Part shown: piece after piece, positions 35,977 to 48,574 of the stretch
How the letters are laid out: the number at the start of each line of letters is the position of its first letter
How positions within the stretch are numbered: position 1 is the stretch's first letter
NCBI GenBank assembly: GCA_964247055.1
Contig: OZ176051.1
Span: 11,098,001 to 11,162,000 of the forward strand
Direction: 5' to 3'
From: Paragordius varius
Taxonomy: Eukaryota; Animalia; Nematomorpha
Length of the DNA: 64,000 bases
Position numbers and translations under genes: made by a program
The notes under the pieces: model-generated
What the model was told of the DNA's origin: nothing
Databases searched by the model: none
The model's input: only the letters and a program-made list of their open reading frames with translations

Positions 35977-38900
35977 ATGGCTGAAATAAACGGGATTCAA
36001 AATTTAACACTCAGTAATTTTTAAACTAAACATAGGTGAATTATACACATCTGAAAGCCGTGGAAACGACGATGAAGGCGATGGTACATTTAAAAAGCCC
36101 TTTAAAACCGTATTAAAGGTAAATTTTATATGTTTTACTCATATCTCTAAATACTGATAGATAGTTTTTAAGAGCATACTAACAACTATGCTTTCGAATT
36201 TACAATTTTTATATTAATATACCACTTTTTTATCTTTGACACAACCAAAATGTTAAAAAACATCACGATGCCGACATCGTTAGACCCGTCATGCCATTTA
36301 ATTATTTATTTGCTCCTGAAGTTAATTTATTTAAATGATTAATTTTTATTGAGTTTGATGTTACAATGATCATTGATGCAACAGCAAACTTTTGTTGTTC
36401 TAATTTACCTTATTTGGTTTAAATATTTTTTTTGAATTTTAAAAAATATAATACTTTTTCCGCGTTGGATAAAATGCGGCTTCTTGCGGGTTTAATATTT
36501 TCAAACCATGGCCTACAGGGATGAGGCCCAAACTGATATTTTCTGGAGATTTTGCAAAAATAATGCTTTTATATATATTAGGTTATAGTGGTATTTACCT
36601 CACTATGAATAAATTACGAATATTATAAAACAAGGGTCAAGCCATTTTTTTATACTAATCTAACCTCTTTATATATGTATAACAGCCAAGTATCTGGCAT
36701 TAATATACGTTAATGCTCGCACTGTGGAAATTTTTTTTAAATGGGCTCGAGAAATTTTTTAGTACCAGTGAGGTAGATGCATTATATAAAATAGCGGTTA
36801 AAGACATTCCAGGACAACGCGACTTGCCTACTCTTGATAAATTTTTTATATTAACTTGAGATCTTAGGCACTGTTGGTACCCAATATAATTCCTTAACAA
36901 TTTGTGTAGCAGCCGAGTCAGATTCGAGGTGAAAACAATTATAAAATTCTTTTCCTACCTCCACCTCCACGTGGTGATGTCCGGAAACTTACACGATGTG
37001 TAAGGCCAACGGAGGAGGTCGATTTGAGAAAATCGTAGTCTTTTTAGACATTCTCTAGCCTGGTGCAGCGAATAAGGTACCCTCACCTCTGAGTTAAAGG
37101 GGTTGGTTTATAAGGGCATATAATCCGTAAAACCTTGCCTCAAATTACAAAACCATGAAGAAACGACTTACAAAAATGATTGATGATAATAAAACCTCTA
37201 TTTCAAAACGAAATTTTAATTTTAATATAAATGATAATATATATTATGATAATGCTAGTATACCTATAAATACAAATTACATAAATAATAGAAATAAAAA
37301 TAATTCTAAAACAATAATAAATAAACCAGGTACAAATGAACAACCAAAAATAAAAATAAGATACAATAATCTAAATAAAAACTTCAAATCTATATCGGAA
37401 CCATTTAAAATTGGCTCTTGGAATGTTGGAACAATGGTTAATAAGCAATGGCTGGTAATAGATACGGTGCGAAACTTAGATTTAAACATATGCTGTTTAC
37501 AAGAAACTCGATATAAAAATGCAGGTATAAAACACTTTGATGGTTATTCATTACTATACCAAGGTGGGAACAAAGGACAATCTGGCGTCGCTATAATGAT
37601 GAAAGAAACACACCGACAAAACCTAATTACCGTGACCCGGCACAGTGATAGAATTATTTAAGCTAGAATGATATACAACAAATTGATCCTCAATGTTATT
37701 TCCGTATATGCACCCCAAAAAGGCTTGCCCGATAAATGCAAGCTGGATTTTTGGGATCAGCTCTATCAAATATGTTCCAATATACCCGAAACAGACTGTA
37801 TAATGATTGGAGGAGATTTAAATGCACATGTTGGAAGCAGCGAAGGTTTTTCTGGTATACATGGAGGATACAACTTTGATAATCGGGACAAAGAAGGAGA
37901 AAATGTCTTAGAATTCTGTGCAGCTCAGCGACTACAGTTAGCAAACACTTTATTCACCAAAAGCAAAAATAAACTGATTACATACACTTCTGGCAATAAT
38001 AATACAACAATAGACTACATCCTAACTAGCCAACACATTCGAAAATATCTGGTAAATACAACCACTTATAACTCTGAAACACAGCATAAAGTTTTAACAT
38101 CAATTTTCAAATTTAACTCAAGGCCTTTCAATCATAGAACCAAACCTAAACTTAATATACACAAGTTTAAAAAACCTGATATAATGAATAATTTCAAAAA
38201 GTCGCTTAACTTAAACATTGATAATCTTGACGTTGAAGACTCCTGGCAAAGTCTAAGAAGCAATACGATTGAAAATGTAGAAAAATGGTGTGGTAGAAGA
38301 AAGAGCAAAGCCCAAAAGAAATGGTGGTGGGACGATGCAATTAAGCCATTACTTAAAGAAAAGGCGCGTTTGTATAAAAAATGGAAGAAATCGAAAACAG
38401 AAAACGACAAATCTGAGTATTATAAATACAACAAAAAGGTTCAAAAGGAAATAAATAAATTAATGAATGAAAAGGCTAAAGATACTGCCGATAAATTGGA
38501 AAAGGAAATCCAAAATAATAAAATTTTTAAACATATGAAACTTTACAATAATAACAAAAAAGATATACCAACGATTAAATGTATAAAAGATAATAATAAT
38601 AATTTACAAATACAACCAGAATTAATTAAATCCATATGGCAAAAATATATGGAGCAAAATCTAAACAACCCTTTAACACCCATAATAAATTCTGACCGAG
38701 ATCCCTGTTGTGGCCCATTAAATACATTCACAATACAAGAAATTGAGATTGCTTTAGACCAAATGAAATCAAACAAGGCTTCGGGCCCTAGTGAACTATG
38801 TTTTGATATCATTAAATTAATACCCAATATAACCATGCTTCTAACAAATTTTTTTAACAAAATAATAGTTGAAATGAAAATACCCAAAGACTGGGAAAAA

Positions 38901-40562
38901 AGCATTATATTTCCCATTTTCAAAAATAAAGGAGATATCCTAACCTGTTCCTCATACAGGCCCTTAAAACTTCTTGAACATGGGTTAAAAATTTTTGAAA
39001 TGTGCCTCAAAAATCGTATCGTCCAGCTCATATCAATTAATCCAATGCAATTCGCCTTTTCAGCGGGCAAAAGCACAATCGATCCAATTTTCCTACTCAG
39101 ACAATTACAAGATAAATACCGAGCAAAAGGTCGTAAACTATTCCACCTTTTTGTCGATTTAGAAAAGGCTTACGACTCAGTACCTAGAGCACTAATAATA
39201 GAATCACTGCGCTACAACAACGTAGATGAATATACCATTAAGTTAATTATGTTAATCTACACTAACTCAATCAGTTGTGTTCTTACTCCTGTTGGGAATT
39301 CAGAGTATTTTAGTATAAATACTGGGCTGCATCAGGGATCTGTCCTTAGCCCACTTCTTTTTATAGCTATAATTGATTACATAACAAAAGATATGAGAGA
39401 AGGTCTGCCTTATGAAATTCTTTATGCAGACGACCTCATAATTACTGCAGAAGATATTTCAATACTCGAAAATAAATATCTTATATGGTCAAAACAATTA
39501 CATAAATACGGTCTTAAAATCAATACAAACAAAACTAAAATTCTAATCACAGGAGATGAACATAAAACTATAAAGTTCCCATGCCCAGTGTGCACCACTG
39601 AGGTAAAACTAAACTCACTTTGTTGTACAAAATGCAGAAATTGGGTCCATAAAAAATGTTCCAACATAAAAGGAAAGTTAATTAATAATAATAATTTCAT
39701 CTGCACACCATGTGCTTCATCAATACCACTGCCAATACCGAATTCCCGTACTTTAAACTTTAATGGAGATAAACTAGAAGTGGTAACATCGTTTCCATAT
39801 CTGGGCGATTATATAGCATCTGATGGTTCTTTGAGGGATGCCATTTCTCATAGAATCAGACAAGGATGGGCCAAATTCAATCAATTAAAATATATTTTAA
39901 CTAATAAAAATATCAAATCAAATCACAAGATAAAGATTTACAAAATGGGAATAAGACCAGCTATGACATACGCTACAGAAACCTGGGCCCTTACAGCAAC
40001 AGACCTAAATAGACTTACTAGAGCTGAAAATCACATGCTCAAAATCTGCAACAATAATTTTGATAATACCATAGAAGAAGATGAACCCATAGCTCTATTC
40101 ATCCAGCGCAATCGATTGCGATATTACGGACATATTCAACGTATGAATTCCGATAACTGGGTCCAAAAAATACAACATTTAAATATACCCGGCCCAAACA
40201 GAAAAGGCCGCCCTAAGCTCACATGGTCCAAACAGCTGACCCAAGATCTATCACACTTCAATATTGAACACGAACAAGTCTTTGATAGGACATTGTTCAG
40301 GAAGTTGGTGCATGGAAACCCCAGATACCCTGGGACCTAAAATGAATGGATGGATCTTTAGAAATGTCTAAGTTTATTGAGAAACACAGCCCTTAAAAAT
40401 TATAAATTTACACTATTTATTGGTCTATATGTTAGCCATTTTCGTTCAAGAAAAAATTTTATAACGACAATTTTCACCTAATCAACTCATTGCATCAATT
40501 CAGTCTAAGTTCATTTTATGCAACAAAATCATAACTACATTTCTAAACTTGACACACTATGA

Positions 40563-40597
<35 letters not shown>

Positions 40598-42235
40598 CAT
40601 AATTATTTAGGCAATGTTATGGGCCGGAGATGAGCCCTTCCCCTCAATCTATGTCGATGGAAAAAAAGATGGAACGGAATCGGTTAATTTTTAATAATTT
40701 ATGATATTTAAATGTTAATTAAATAATATTTTTATTACGGTAAAAATTGAAATTTTAATATTAAGTATTTATTAAAAGTAATATTAAAATATGATAGAAT
40801 TTAACTAAAAAAAATATATAAAATGGTTTTATATATATAAATTGTTAATAACTCATGTAATATAAATAAATTTATTAAAATAAAATATTTCGGATCTTAC
40901 TGATTCCTTATTGATTATCTAAAATAATTTTAAATTTACTGTTAATTTTTACGTTAAACCAATGTTGTTATTGGTTTCCCTCTAAGGAAATTTTTTGAAA
41001 TGGGGTTAATATGAGGTATTTCCTCTCTTTTGTTAAAAAGCTCTTCTGTGTTATGCGATTGGATGTAGAACGCCTCTTCTATGGATTTTTAGAAAAAATC
41101 TTTTTGCTTAGCGTGTATTTTATAGACCATTTTATGTTGTGTCAATTGTATGTGCTGATATACTGTTGACTTTGTAAGCTTGATATCTGTTCGTTTACTC
41201 GTATTTGTATTGGCCTTTTTGTTTAAACTATATGACATTTTTTGTTTTATCCATTGCACGGGATTTCATATATGACATTTTTATCTATACCTTTGGGGTG
41301 TTTGGTTAAGAGGGTTAATAGATTGATGCATGGTTTGTATGTTACTAATATGTCTTTACTTGTGAAGCTTTTGTTAGACAGAGTTTTTTTTGTTAGCGTG
41401 TTCGTTTTTTGTTTTTGAAAAAAGATTTTATTAATGCTATCGGTTATCATGTTTTGTGAATAACATTGCTCTAACAAATGTCTTACTTTAAACGTTGTTG
41501 GTTTTATTTGTTTCTTTTCACTCGGGAAAATTAGAGTTTTTTTTATGGGAAGGATGGTTAAAATATGGAGAAAGAAACTGAAAGTTGAATAAGCTTTTTA
41601 AGGTCAGGTTTAAAAAGTTTTTTTTTAATCTTTTGTTCAATTTGTGTTAATAGGCGGTTTTCATTGATATTGTGGACAATTTTGTGATATTGTTATCATC
41701 TATGACCATTACGTAATCTAAGCATCTACAGTAAAGTTTGGCTTGTTGAAATTTAAATTCTGCTCTATTCTCCAATTCTCTAAGACACAATTCGCCTAAT
41801 ATAAGTTAGACCAAAAAGCCTATACAAATACGAATAAACGAACATATAATACCAGCACATAGAGCAGACATTATTGGGCTTCTATAAGTACTCGCCACGC
41901 AAACAGATTTTTTTTTAAGATCCATAGGAGAGGCGCTCTATATCACAGAAGACACCTTAACAAAAGAGAAAAATTACCTTATATCAGTTTCATTACAAAA
42001 AAGTTCTTTAGAGGGAATCCAATATACACTGGTATAATTTAAACAATCAATGGCAGCAAATACGGAAAAAATATTATTTTATTATTATTGTTTATTTTAT
42101 TTCCATTTTTAATATTTTTATATATTTGATAAAGGATCAGTAAAATCCGAAATATTATATTATTTTAATAAGTCCATTTATTTTACACAAGTTATTAACA
42201 ATTTATCCATAAATTAATTCGTCCTCAATCCTAAG

Positions 42236-42278
<43 letters not shown>

Positions 42279-45200
42279 CTTGGTTTACAAATTTTTAATA
42301 CAATTTATAATTAATTTTTTTACAGTTGTATGAACCAGCATCAGCGAGTCAATTGAAAAAAGTTAAGAAACTTTGGCAAACGGAAGTCAAAAAACAAATA
42401 AAACGCAAGGAAAAGGAGGTTATTCCAAAAATATACAATATATTAATTTTTTTAGAAGTTTTCTGTTGGTATCAAAACAAATTACAACTGTATTATGCAG
42501 GAATAACTAGGGTTGTGCTGACCAAATTATGACCCGGTCATGACCATGCCCAGGTCAGTGACTAGTATTTTTTGACCATGGTCATTTAAATAAATAGTAA
42601 AATTGTATTGTTTTTTAATAATTATTAAAAAAATATAAATTAAATATTTTAATATGCTTATTTAACAATATAAAATTGTTAAACATGCATCGTTATAACA
42701 TTAGCATTCTAGTTATTTCGAAAAACAACACAATCAAGCACTTTGCTAGATATGCAATTATTCTATATATGTCAGTATGGTCATGACCATGGTTTCACTG
42801 GGTCTGACCGGACTTTTTTAAAAAATCAGTCAAATGCACAACCCTAGAAATAACTATAAGTCAATTTCATAAGTTTATCATTTTTTTGTGATAATTTAAA
42901 TTGAGACGATATCATGTATTGTATTTTAGGATAATTCTATTAATATTTTTAAGCTATTCAAAATTTTTAATGCATATTTTATTTTTTTGTTTGTAGTCTG
43001 ATGATTCTGAAAAACGTGAAAAAAATTTGGAGGAAGCCAAGAAAATTAGTATTAGTCTTGATACTTCCTTACCTGAACCTACAAAAGTTAACATATTTTC
43101 CCTATATAAATTTCATTTATTATACTATAATTTACTTAGCTATACAATGTTTATATAGATAAAAATTAGAGACGCTACTCAACATCGCAATACCCGTGTC
43201 TTAGTTTATGGATGGATACATCGATTACGTAGGCAAGGTACTTTTGCATAAAAAAACTTTTGTTAATAAATCCGAAAATTTAGATTTCTGTCTATATTCA
43301 CTTAAAATATCATTTAAATTATCAATCATCCCTAATAGGTAAATCACTTATGTTTGTTACGTTGAGAGATGGGACTGGATTCCTCCAATGCGTTTTTACA
43401 GATAAATTGGTATTAATTTTTATATTATACACAAAGTAAACGGTTATTTATATATTTATGTTTGATAAAAAAATTTATTTATTAACTTTTTTTTCAAAAT
43501 CATGCACAAATTTTGTATTATGTTTAGTGTCAAACGTATGATTCACTCCTGCTGAATCCAGAAGCTACGATCGCAGTATATGGAAAAATAGAAGTGGTCC
43601 CTGAAGGCAAAATTGTAAAATTAACTATATATACATTTTATATGTTACTTTCTCCTATTTATAATCAATTTTTTTTATAATTGCAGGCCCCAGACGGACA
43701 TGAATTAATTGTTGATTATTTTCAAGTTATTGGACATTCTCCCCCAGGAGGCGTTGAAAACTTGATTAATGAAGTATGCATATGCATATTATAGGGATAA
43801 GGTTTACTTATAATACTAAATAAGATGCTTTTTTATTTTCAGATTGCATGATATTAAGCTTTAGGATTTTTTTAAACGCCGCCAATATGCACTTATGGGT
43901 GTTTATCAAGTTGATAATTTTACTCTAGAAGAAAAAATAATAATTTTTAGGGATTAATTTCGAAATGCCACAAAAATATGGCCCGAAAAAACACGATAAT
44001 ATATTTAAGGTCTAAAATATAATATGTAAGGTTTAAAAACGATAATCATTAAACAAAATCATTGCAACAACATTGAAATAAGTTTTAAATTACGACTTTT
44101 TGCTATATATGGAGAAGTCAATATAATTTATATTACTCGTAAGGATAAATCACATTATATTAATCTATCAGAATATAAAAAATTTAATTTTCTATGTGTT
44201 AACAATACATATATATTATCGTCAAAAAGCGAAAACTTATAGGGTATTGGAAATTTTCAATCCTTTATGAATTGTCATGCATTATTTTTGATTGTCCTTA
44301 TATTTTAAATGGTTGGCTATTTTATTTGTTTTGCGAATAGCCTTTGTTAGATTCTGGGAATCCTTGTGAAATTTTTTACTACCGCTTGAACAAATTCATC
44401 TTATATATCTCGTTATTATCAATAAAATATATATTTTCATCCATGCTTATATCAGAGATTACTTTTTTATTTTTAAAATAGGAATCACATGTAGATGTCC
44501 AGCTAGATAATAGACATATGTTATTAAGGGGCGAAACGTTTCCCAAAATTTTGCTAATTCGTTCAACTGTTATGCAATGTTTCAGGGATCATTTTTTTAA
44601 CCGGGGATATGTTGAGGTATTATAAACAATAATATATCGATTATTATTAATGTTAATATTGTTCTATCCTATTTACATTTTCTAATTTTTTGCGTATTAA
44701 TTAATTTGTGAATGGAGAAAATATATTTTATAAGTATTTTTGTATTCATATTAATTAGACTCTTTTTTATAAATTTTTCATTCTACGAATATCTATAACC
44801 CTTTTAGCATAGCTTTTCAAGTTTTTTTCTACAATGTTTTATAGGTAACACCACCAACCCTGGTACAAACCCAAGTAGAGGGCGGTTCCACACTTTTCAA
44901 ATTTAATTATTTCAATGAAGAGGTAAAATTTGATGAATAAATATATCCCCGAATGCAATTTATTTTTAATAATTTTTTATTATAAAAGAGAGTTATAGTT
45001 TAGGTTTAATAAATTTTTGATTTAAGCAAGTATTGAAATAGGTGTATATATGCTCAAGCCTTTTTAATCTATCATAATTATTGTTAATGGATATTAGTTA
45101 GCTTAGACGCTTGCATCTGTCATTTTAGTTAGTTAGCTATATTATTTGTAAATTTCTTTGCCTATGTATTTTTATGTTCAAATATCAAAATTAGATAAAA

Positions 45201-48086
45201 ACTGCAAGTTACCAAATTAATTTAAATTAACGATATTTATATTTTTCTAAACTTTTAGGCTTATTTAACGCAATCCTCACAGTTGTATCTGGAAACGTGC
45301 TGTCCTGGTTTGGGTGACGTTTTTTGCATTATTTCATCTTACCGGGCTGAAAATTCAAAAACACGTCGACATTTAGCTGAGTAACTAATTTAAAAACTAT
45401 TTTCCCTCTATTTTTGTTATCAAAATTTTTAGTAGATAATTTTATTTTTTTGAATATCATCGTTTTAAATTTTTACAAGTATGATAAATATTTTTGCATA
45501 TTTTTTTTTACAAGGTATACTCATATTGAAGCCGAATGCCCGTTCATATCATTCAATGATTTGTTGGATAAATTGGAGGATTTGGTTTGTGATGTGGTGG
45601 ATAGAGTGCTAGCCTCTCCTATCAAAGATATTTTCTATCAAATTAATCCAGTATTTGCGATTAATATTTTTGTTTTCGATTTGTGAAAAAAATTACGTTT
45701 TTATAAAAATTTCTAGATATTATCATAAATTGTAGATAAAACTAAATAGCTTTATAAGTCATATAATTGTATATTGAAACTATAGATAATGAAAATTTTA
45801 CAAAGTTAATTGAAATACGCAATAGGTTTGCTTGCAATTTTTTTCCATAAATCTTAAAATTAATTTAATTGGAGTTACTGGAATTGTGTTTTAATTCAAA
45901 AAAACTATATTATAAAAAAGTAACTATTTGTATAAATACATAGAATTTTGTTCCACCAAAGAGGCCCTTTAAACGCATGAATTATACCGATGCTATAACA
46001 TTCCTTAGGGAACATAATATAACTAAGGATGATGGATCCTACTATGAAATTGGCGAGGTTTTATTGTAGAATTATTTTAAATTTTTTTGACAATAATGTT
46101 ATCACAAACTATTTTTATTAATACAAATTTGATTTAGATAACAGTATTTTGAACACCCTAGTGAAATAATTGTTAACTGGGTCAAATTGCATTAAATTTT
46201 TTGATTATTAGAAAAATTTTTAATGTTATTAGATTATTAATAACATTCATTCTATTCGATGTTAATTAAAATACACTGTATGGTGATCTTGATATGTTTA
46301 CTTGTATAAATTTATTATTTGTTTGCGTATTTTTTGCTTTGATAAAGTTAGGAATTTATAATTTTATACGTGTTAGTCATATATGGTTATTTCAGATTTT
46401 AAGATTATTAAATCAACACTACTGAGATAATAAAAATGTTATTTATATTTGTGAAAGGCGAGCCTATATACTGGACACCATGCTGCAAAAATTTGCATTA
46501 ATCACTATTACTTAGGCGCTTATGTAGTAAATCCATATTTGCTTAATTTATTAGTTTTGTTGGGGCAAATTCATTTAACGGGATTATATTTTTTACATAT
46601 TATATATACATAAATCTATATGCTTTTCTTACAATTTTACTAAGATTTTTGCAAAATTTATCGAATATTGTGTTTTATCATTAAAACCAAATATTGCCAT
46701 AAAGTATATTATATATATTTTCGTGTTAAAAGAGGTTTGAATTATATAGCCGCGTGCCTAAACACAAATTTATTAAACATTATTATAAATTGAAATGATA
46801 AACCTTTGTTACCATGATCCTGTGAATAAATGTTAAGCCACTTGCAAAACCGTTATTTTGAGCAAACACACAACTTTTACAAACTTAAATTTTTTTAACC
46901 ATAAAAAAGCTTTTGGAATTTTATTAGTCCTAGAGATAACAAAAACATAAATGTGATATATAATATTTTTTATGGTGAGTGTAGCTAAGGTAGATGTACA
47001 TAAAATGGTTTTTTAATATAATTTTTATTTTATTATGTTTATAAACTTTTTGTAGGATATTCCTGAAATGCCAGAACGTAAAATGACAGATTTGATAAAT
47101 GAAGTATGTGGTCTTTTATATATTTTAAATTTTTTCATTTATATTTTTGATTTTATGATATTTATTTACAGCCAATACTGTTGTGCCGCTTCCCAGCAAA
47201 CATAAAAGCTTTTTATATGCAAAAATGTCCAGAAGATCCGACCTTTACCGAATCCGTAATAAATTTATATTATACATAAAATAGATCAATTTTGGGATCT
47301 TTTCTACGTTTTGAGACGCTCAATAACAACTGAGTTTTAATTTTTCTTATATGTCGCTTGGCTCGAATTGTATCGATTTTTTGAGCTAATTATCAACTCT
47401 CTCTAAAATATATGTCTTAATAAGAGTTATCCAAGTTTTTCTCAAAATCTTTAAAAATTATTTTTCCCTTTCCATTATTGGGTAAGGAATTTAATTGTGT
47501 TAAGGATTCATTGATTAGTTAATTTTATTTGTCAACTTAACATTAGGTTGATGTATTGATTCCGGGTGTGGGTGAAATTGTGGGCGGTTCTATGAGGATT
47601 TACAATTTTGATGAACTCCTTGCAGGTTATGCTAGGGAAGGGATTGATCCCACACCATATTATTGGTACACTGATCAGGTAAAAAATTCCAAGTATTTTA
47701 ATCATTGCTTACTTTAATTTTTTGAATCATTTTTTTGTAAATATGGAATTAGGAAATTTTATGATAATATTGCATACGTGCAGAAAACTAATTTTGAATA
47801 GCAGCTACCTTTTAACCTTTAAACTTTTAAGTTACGAAATAAGGAATCGATAAAATTGTTCTCAATTTTAATTTAAAACCTGCAAATCTAATGAAATAAA
47901 AAATTTGTTCTATAATTTTATTATTACTATACTATACTGTAATATTCAATATAGAGAAAGTATGGAACTTGCCCCCATGGAGGATATGGTTTAGGTTTTG
48001 AACGTTTCTTAACTTGGCTCCTCAATAGATATCACATTAGAGATGTTACCCTTTATCCAAGGTATGTAGGAAGATGTAAACCCTGA
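35977..48086 (+). CDS. NARS1: Cytoplasmic asparaginyl-tRNA synthetase, 559 aa, 18 exons: 35977-36013, 36036-36118, 40611-40682, 42326-42418, 42997-43086, 43159-43237, 43339-43409, 43528-43614, 43687-43773, 44482-44616, 44845-44922, 45259-45380, 45515-45650, 45944-46057, 47056-47103, 47172-47255, 47547-47678, 47955-48086
   Basis: Continuous phase-consistent frame of 1680 nt. It includes the N-terminal extension ([24 protein letters not shown]), OB fold ([21 protein letters not shown]) and motifs [59 protein letters not shown] and [11 protein letters not shown]. Confidence 0.97.
36802..37015 (+). ncRNA. HDV-like self-cleaving ribozyme in the RTE 5' UTR
   Basis: Nested double pseudoknot: P2 CCTCC 36958-62 / GGAGG 37011-15; P3 ACC 36963-65 / GGT 36973-75; L3 TCCACGT; P1 3' strand GATGTCC 36976-82; P1.1 GG 36983-84 with L3 CC; P4 CTTACAC-GAT-GTGTAAG; J4/2 GCCAAC carrying the expected catalytic C. 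The P1 5' strand is GACATT 36803-08 or GGACAAC 36812-18. Confidence 0.75.
37155..40340 (+). pseudogene. RTE APE-RT ORF (1062 codons) with one in-frame stop
   Basis: Track ORFs 37155-37661 and 37668-40340 are in the same frame and separated only by TAA at 37659-37661 (DRII*ARMIY). Confidence 0.88.
40930..41830 (-). mobile_element. Degenerate Penelope-like element (RT end plus GIY-YIG), antisense in NARS1 intron 3
   Basis: [13 protein letters not shown] resembles the RT YVDD region; KNVIYEIPC and [11 protein letters not shown] resemble the GIY-YIG domain. Confidence 0.6.
42508..42846. mobile_element. hAT-type MITE in NARS1 intron 4
   Basis: TIR TAGGGTTGTGC and an 8-bp TSD GGAATAAC/GAAATAAC (7/8). 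Confidence 0.8.
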
Positions 48087-48574
48087 ACACTTTACTTTAC
48101 ACACCATACAATATTCTTTGACAATTATTTTTATCATTACAAATTTTTTCGAGATCACCTCATTTAAGAATTGAGCCATTTTATAGCGCATAAAAATTTT
48201 GCCTAACCATTTTATTTTATTTATGTTTCTGTGATATATTTATTAATGATGATAACTGGTTATATTTGGAAGCTTTTTTTAATCATTCATAATTTTAGAC
48301 GCATTTATTAAATGATGGTTATACCAATAAGTCCAAATCAAATAACAGTCATTAAATGCATGCATGTATGTTTGTAACCAATTTATATCATCACATTTTT
48401 TTTCGTCTTTATAACAATATTTTAACGCTTTTATCTAATCAATGTTATATATGGGAATAGTCGAATATTGATTAATTTTTCATTTCCAAACAAGGTTTCA
48501 AAGGATAGGATACAGTTACAATCTATTACGATTAACATAACGCTGAATAAATGTTGAATATAAATTTATTTATA

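Larger units (their letters stand above)
36802..40355 (+). mobile_element. RTE-clade non-LTR retrotransposon, near full length, in sense orientation within NARS1 intron 2
   Basis: Single ORF 37155-40340 encodes an AP endonuclease ([32 protein letters not shown]) and RT ([25 protein letters not shown]). The 3' tail is a short repeat, AATGAATGGATGGAT. The 5' boundary is inferred from the ribozyme; no TSD was found. Confidence 0.9.

Noticed and set aside
32401-37661. Stop-codon reassignment suggested by three in-frame TAA codons in the gypsy and RTE ORFs
   Set aside because: Host genes terminate at TAA, TAG and TGA normally. The interrupted positions imply different amino acids, so point mutation is simpler.
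30083-39706. Numerous antisense ORFs over the gypsy and RTE coding regions
   Set aside because: Shadow frames opposite genuine coding sequence, with no recognisable motifs.
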